Shown piece by piece: positions 61,446 through 64,000 of a stretch of DNA of 64,000 nt (within the stretch, counting starts at the first letter, position 1; every line of letters starts with the position of its first letter). The translations under genes were made by a program, and so were the position numbers. The notes under the pieces were generated by a model, which ran no database searches, had not been told where the DNA came from, and worked only from the letters and a program-made list of their open reading frames with translations. The stretch is from Takakia lepidozioides (taxonomy: Eukaryota > Plantae > Bryophyta), in contig CM060732.1 in assembly GCA_030704615.1 (NCBI GenBank), forward strand, positions 41,354,001 to 41,418,000, written 5' to 3'.

Positions 61446-64000
61446 GTGGAAAAGACATTTTTCCAACTTGACATATAGTTTTTTTCCCTAAATTTATCAA
61501 AGACAATGCGTACATGGCGACCATGTTCTTCTTCATTCTGTGAAAATATCAAAATGTCGTCCAAATAGATGACTACAAAGTCATCTAAAAATTCTCGAAA
61601 TATGTCATTCATCATGTGTTGAAAAATTGCTGGAGCATTTGTAAGACCGAAAGGCATAACACTGTATTCGAAATGTCCGTATCTTGTGCGAAAAGCAGTC
61701 TTCCATTCGTCTCATTCTTTTATTCGAACAAGGTTGTAAGCTCCTCTCAAGTCGATCTTTGTGAAAAAATTTGCTGTCCAAGTTGTTCGAGGAGTCCGAA
61801 AATCAGCGGTAGTGGATAACGATTTTTTATAGTGACTTTGTTGAGCCCACGATAGTCTACACACATGCGTAACGATCCGTCTTTCTTCTTCACAAATAAG
61901 ATAGGTGCTTCCGCAGGTGATTTCGAATGTCGAATGAAATTCTTTAACAAATTTTCATCAATGTATTCGCGTAAAGCAGCCAGCTCCGTCTGAGATAAAT
62001 TGTAGATCGGGCCGAATGGTGGTTGAGCTCCTTCTTACAACTCAATTGCACAATCATAAGGTCGATGTTCTGGCAACATATCTACATTTTTCTTCTCGAA
62101 GACATCCTTGAAATCTTGATATTGAGTGGGTAATGTCGAAGTACCTTGGTCTATTGTGGTTTTGATCGGAGTCGCATAAAGTGCAAATGTCGCGTCGTTC
62201 TTCGTAGCTCTCATGAAGGCTCTAGCTCCAAGAAACAGGGGTTGAATACCTTTGGTACTTTTGCATTTTTATCTTGCCGAAATTTTCGTGATCGCCAGTC
62301 GATGTCAAGATTATGAAGTACAAACCAGGGAAGTCCAAGGATCACATGATTCGTTGGAGACTGGATGACAGTGAAAACAATCTGTGATGCTTGATTTTTA
62401 AGCTTCACTTTAAGGGTTGAGTTTCATGGTCAATATTTCCTGATGCTAATGGTCGTCTATCAATGACTTCAACGGGGGCCGATAATTTCTTTCTTACGAG
62501 CGTTAAATTGTGTTGTTTTGCAAAGTCTTTGTCAATAAAACACGCTGAAGCGCCTGAGTCCAAAAGTGCTTCTACGGAGATATCTCGATTTTGCATCCTG
62601 ATCTTTACTGGAACTGTGAAACAAGGTACAGGGTCTGGAGGTAGAAAAAGACCTTTTTTTTTTAAGGAATTTAGGGCGTCCACCGCATGGTCCTTACTGT
62701 GACTGGACATCTTCGTTTTCCGACCTCCTCGTATCGAACACTTGAGTTGTGCCCCGAGCTTTGAATCTTCTCTTGTTGGGGCAGTTTAATACCATGTGAT
62801 CATCTTCTACGCAATAAAGACATAATCCATTCGAGCGCCGTCTTTGTTTTTCTAGTGGCGTCAATGGCTTGAATCGGACAGCATCAATCTGCATAGGATC
62901 ATTACCGGATGTCTGATGGATCGTTGTGTTTGGTGCCGTAGTAGCAGCGGCATGGTGCGTCGTCGATCATCCAGATCGCTTCTCTTGACGTCTTTCGAAC
63001 AAACGATTATCACATACAATGACTTGGGTGATGAATTCGCTCAATGTACTCACGTTTGGCATTGTCAGCAACAAATCTTTAACATCATTTTTTAGGCCAC
63101 ATCGAAACTGACTAATGAGACTCTTCTCATTCCAGTCGAGGTCGCATGCATGTTGTCGAAATTCGGCAGCATAAACGGAAGCTGGATGTGCTCCTTGTCG
63201 AAGATTTCGCATCTTTGTCTCTGCAACTCTCTCTCTATCATTCTCTCCAAATGTTGCAGTGTACTCGGACATGAACGCTTCAAAATTATATAATAAATGC
63301 GAATTTTTCTCTAATAGCGGTGCAAACCAAGAAATGGCAGTGTCGGGTAGAAGGGTGCCCACAAATCCCACTTGAATACCTTCATCAGGGTAGCGTTGTG
63401 GATGTAGTCCAAGGAACAATCGTATTTGTTGAACAAAACCGCAAAATCTTGATCTCGTCCTATCAAATTTTTCGGACATGCTGACCTTTGGTTCCTTTGT
63501 AATCTGTTGAAGATTTGGAGGAACCATTGCAGTAGGATTTGTTGTAATAGGGAATCGTAAGGTTGAAGATCCATTGTTCGACTCTTTCAACTCTGAAATT
63601 TGTTGTTGCAAATTGTTCAGAGCGTTGCCAAGATCTTGAGACTGATCAGTTTGTAGTTGGGCAGTAGAGGCACGAAGTTCTTGCATCTGGAGCTGAAGAC
63701 TCTGCAATGTGGCGACCATTTCTGCAAATGTGCCTTCCATCTTAACTAACTAAGGAACAAACTTTAGTCTCGTCAAAGTGTCAAGGACGAGAACATGACT
63801 GAACACAAACCAGAGATCAGATTAGAGGTACAAGACTAGACAAGAAGTCAAGGCCGGCATGGCCGAATGCATGGTGAGTAAATAAGAATTAAGACGATCT
63901 TTATAACAATGAACAAGAGTACAAGATATTGGAACACGACTTGAATACTGGAAATGCTGGAAACTGGACTGGAGTACCAGATACTGGAAACTGGGCTAGG
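61445..64000 (-). mobile_element. Ty3/gypsy LTR retrotransposon (Tcn1/Tf1-like), degenerate, 3'-truncated in RT; 5' LTR runs off the window
   Basis: Gag 63740-62967 (EPKVSMSEKFD..LRQG..Y..EF..F..GL), knuckle CLYC..DDHMVLNC, protease [31 protein letters not shown] and YLDDILI. LTR ends ...TGACA at ~63779. Confidence 0.92.

Noticed and set aside
62690-62730. Programmed -1 gag-pol frameshift at GGAAAAC
   Set aside because: The protease ORF is in the +1 frame here and the element has several indels, so the mechanism cannot be inferred.

Overview
Eukaryotic nuclear DNA, most likely from a non-seed land plant (bryophyte, lycophyte or fern). The evidence is spliceosomal introns, a long PLS-class PPR gene, a Hedgehog-type Hint gene and a Tcn1/Tf1-like gypsy element. 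The window is transposon-rich. Host genes: Hog/Hint protein (24.5-28.0 kb), DGAT2-like acyltransferase (40.1-42.8 kb), PLS-PPR (45.0-47.9 kb), a GH28 fragment, and a probable complex I KFYI/NDUFC1 subunit (53.2-54.1 kb). The main finding is a family of large Mutator-like DNA transposons present as three diverged, decayed copies (A 1.5-11.1 kb, C 11.1-15.3 kb, B 29.5-35.7 kb). Combining the copies, the family carries a GCM-domain MULE transposase and, divergently, a spliced gene that fuses a ParB/Srx-like domain (DGNHR) to a prokaryote-like beta-class N4C/N6A DNA methyltransferase fold. The introns of that gene hold regularly spaced 22-30 bp palindromes. These share a CGTCAACG core but have different, still self-complementary arms in each copy, which resembles a parS- or operator-like array. 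All calls are from reading the sequence by eye; no searches were run, so novelty is unverified.
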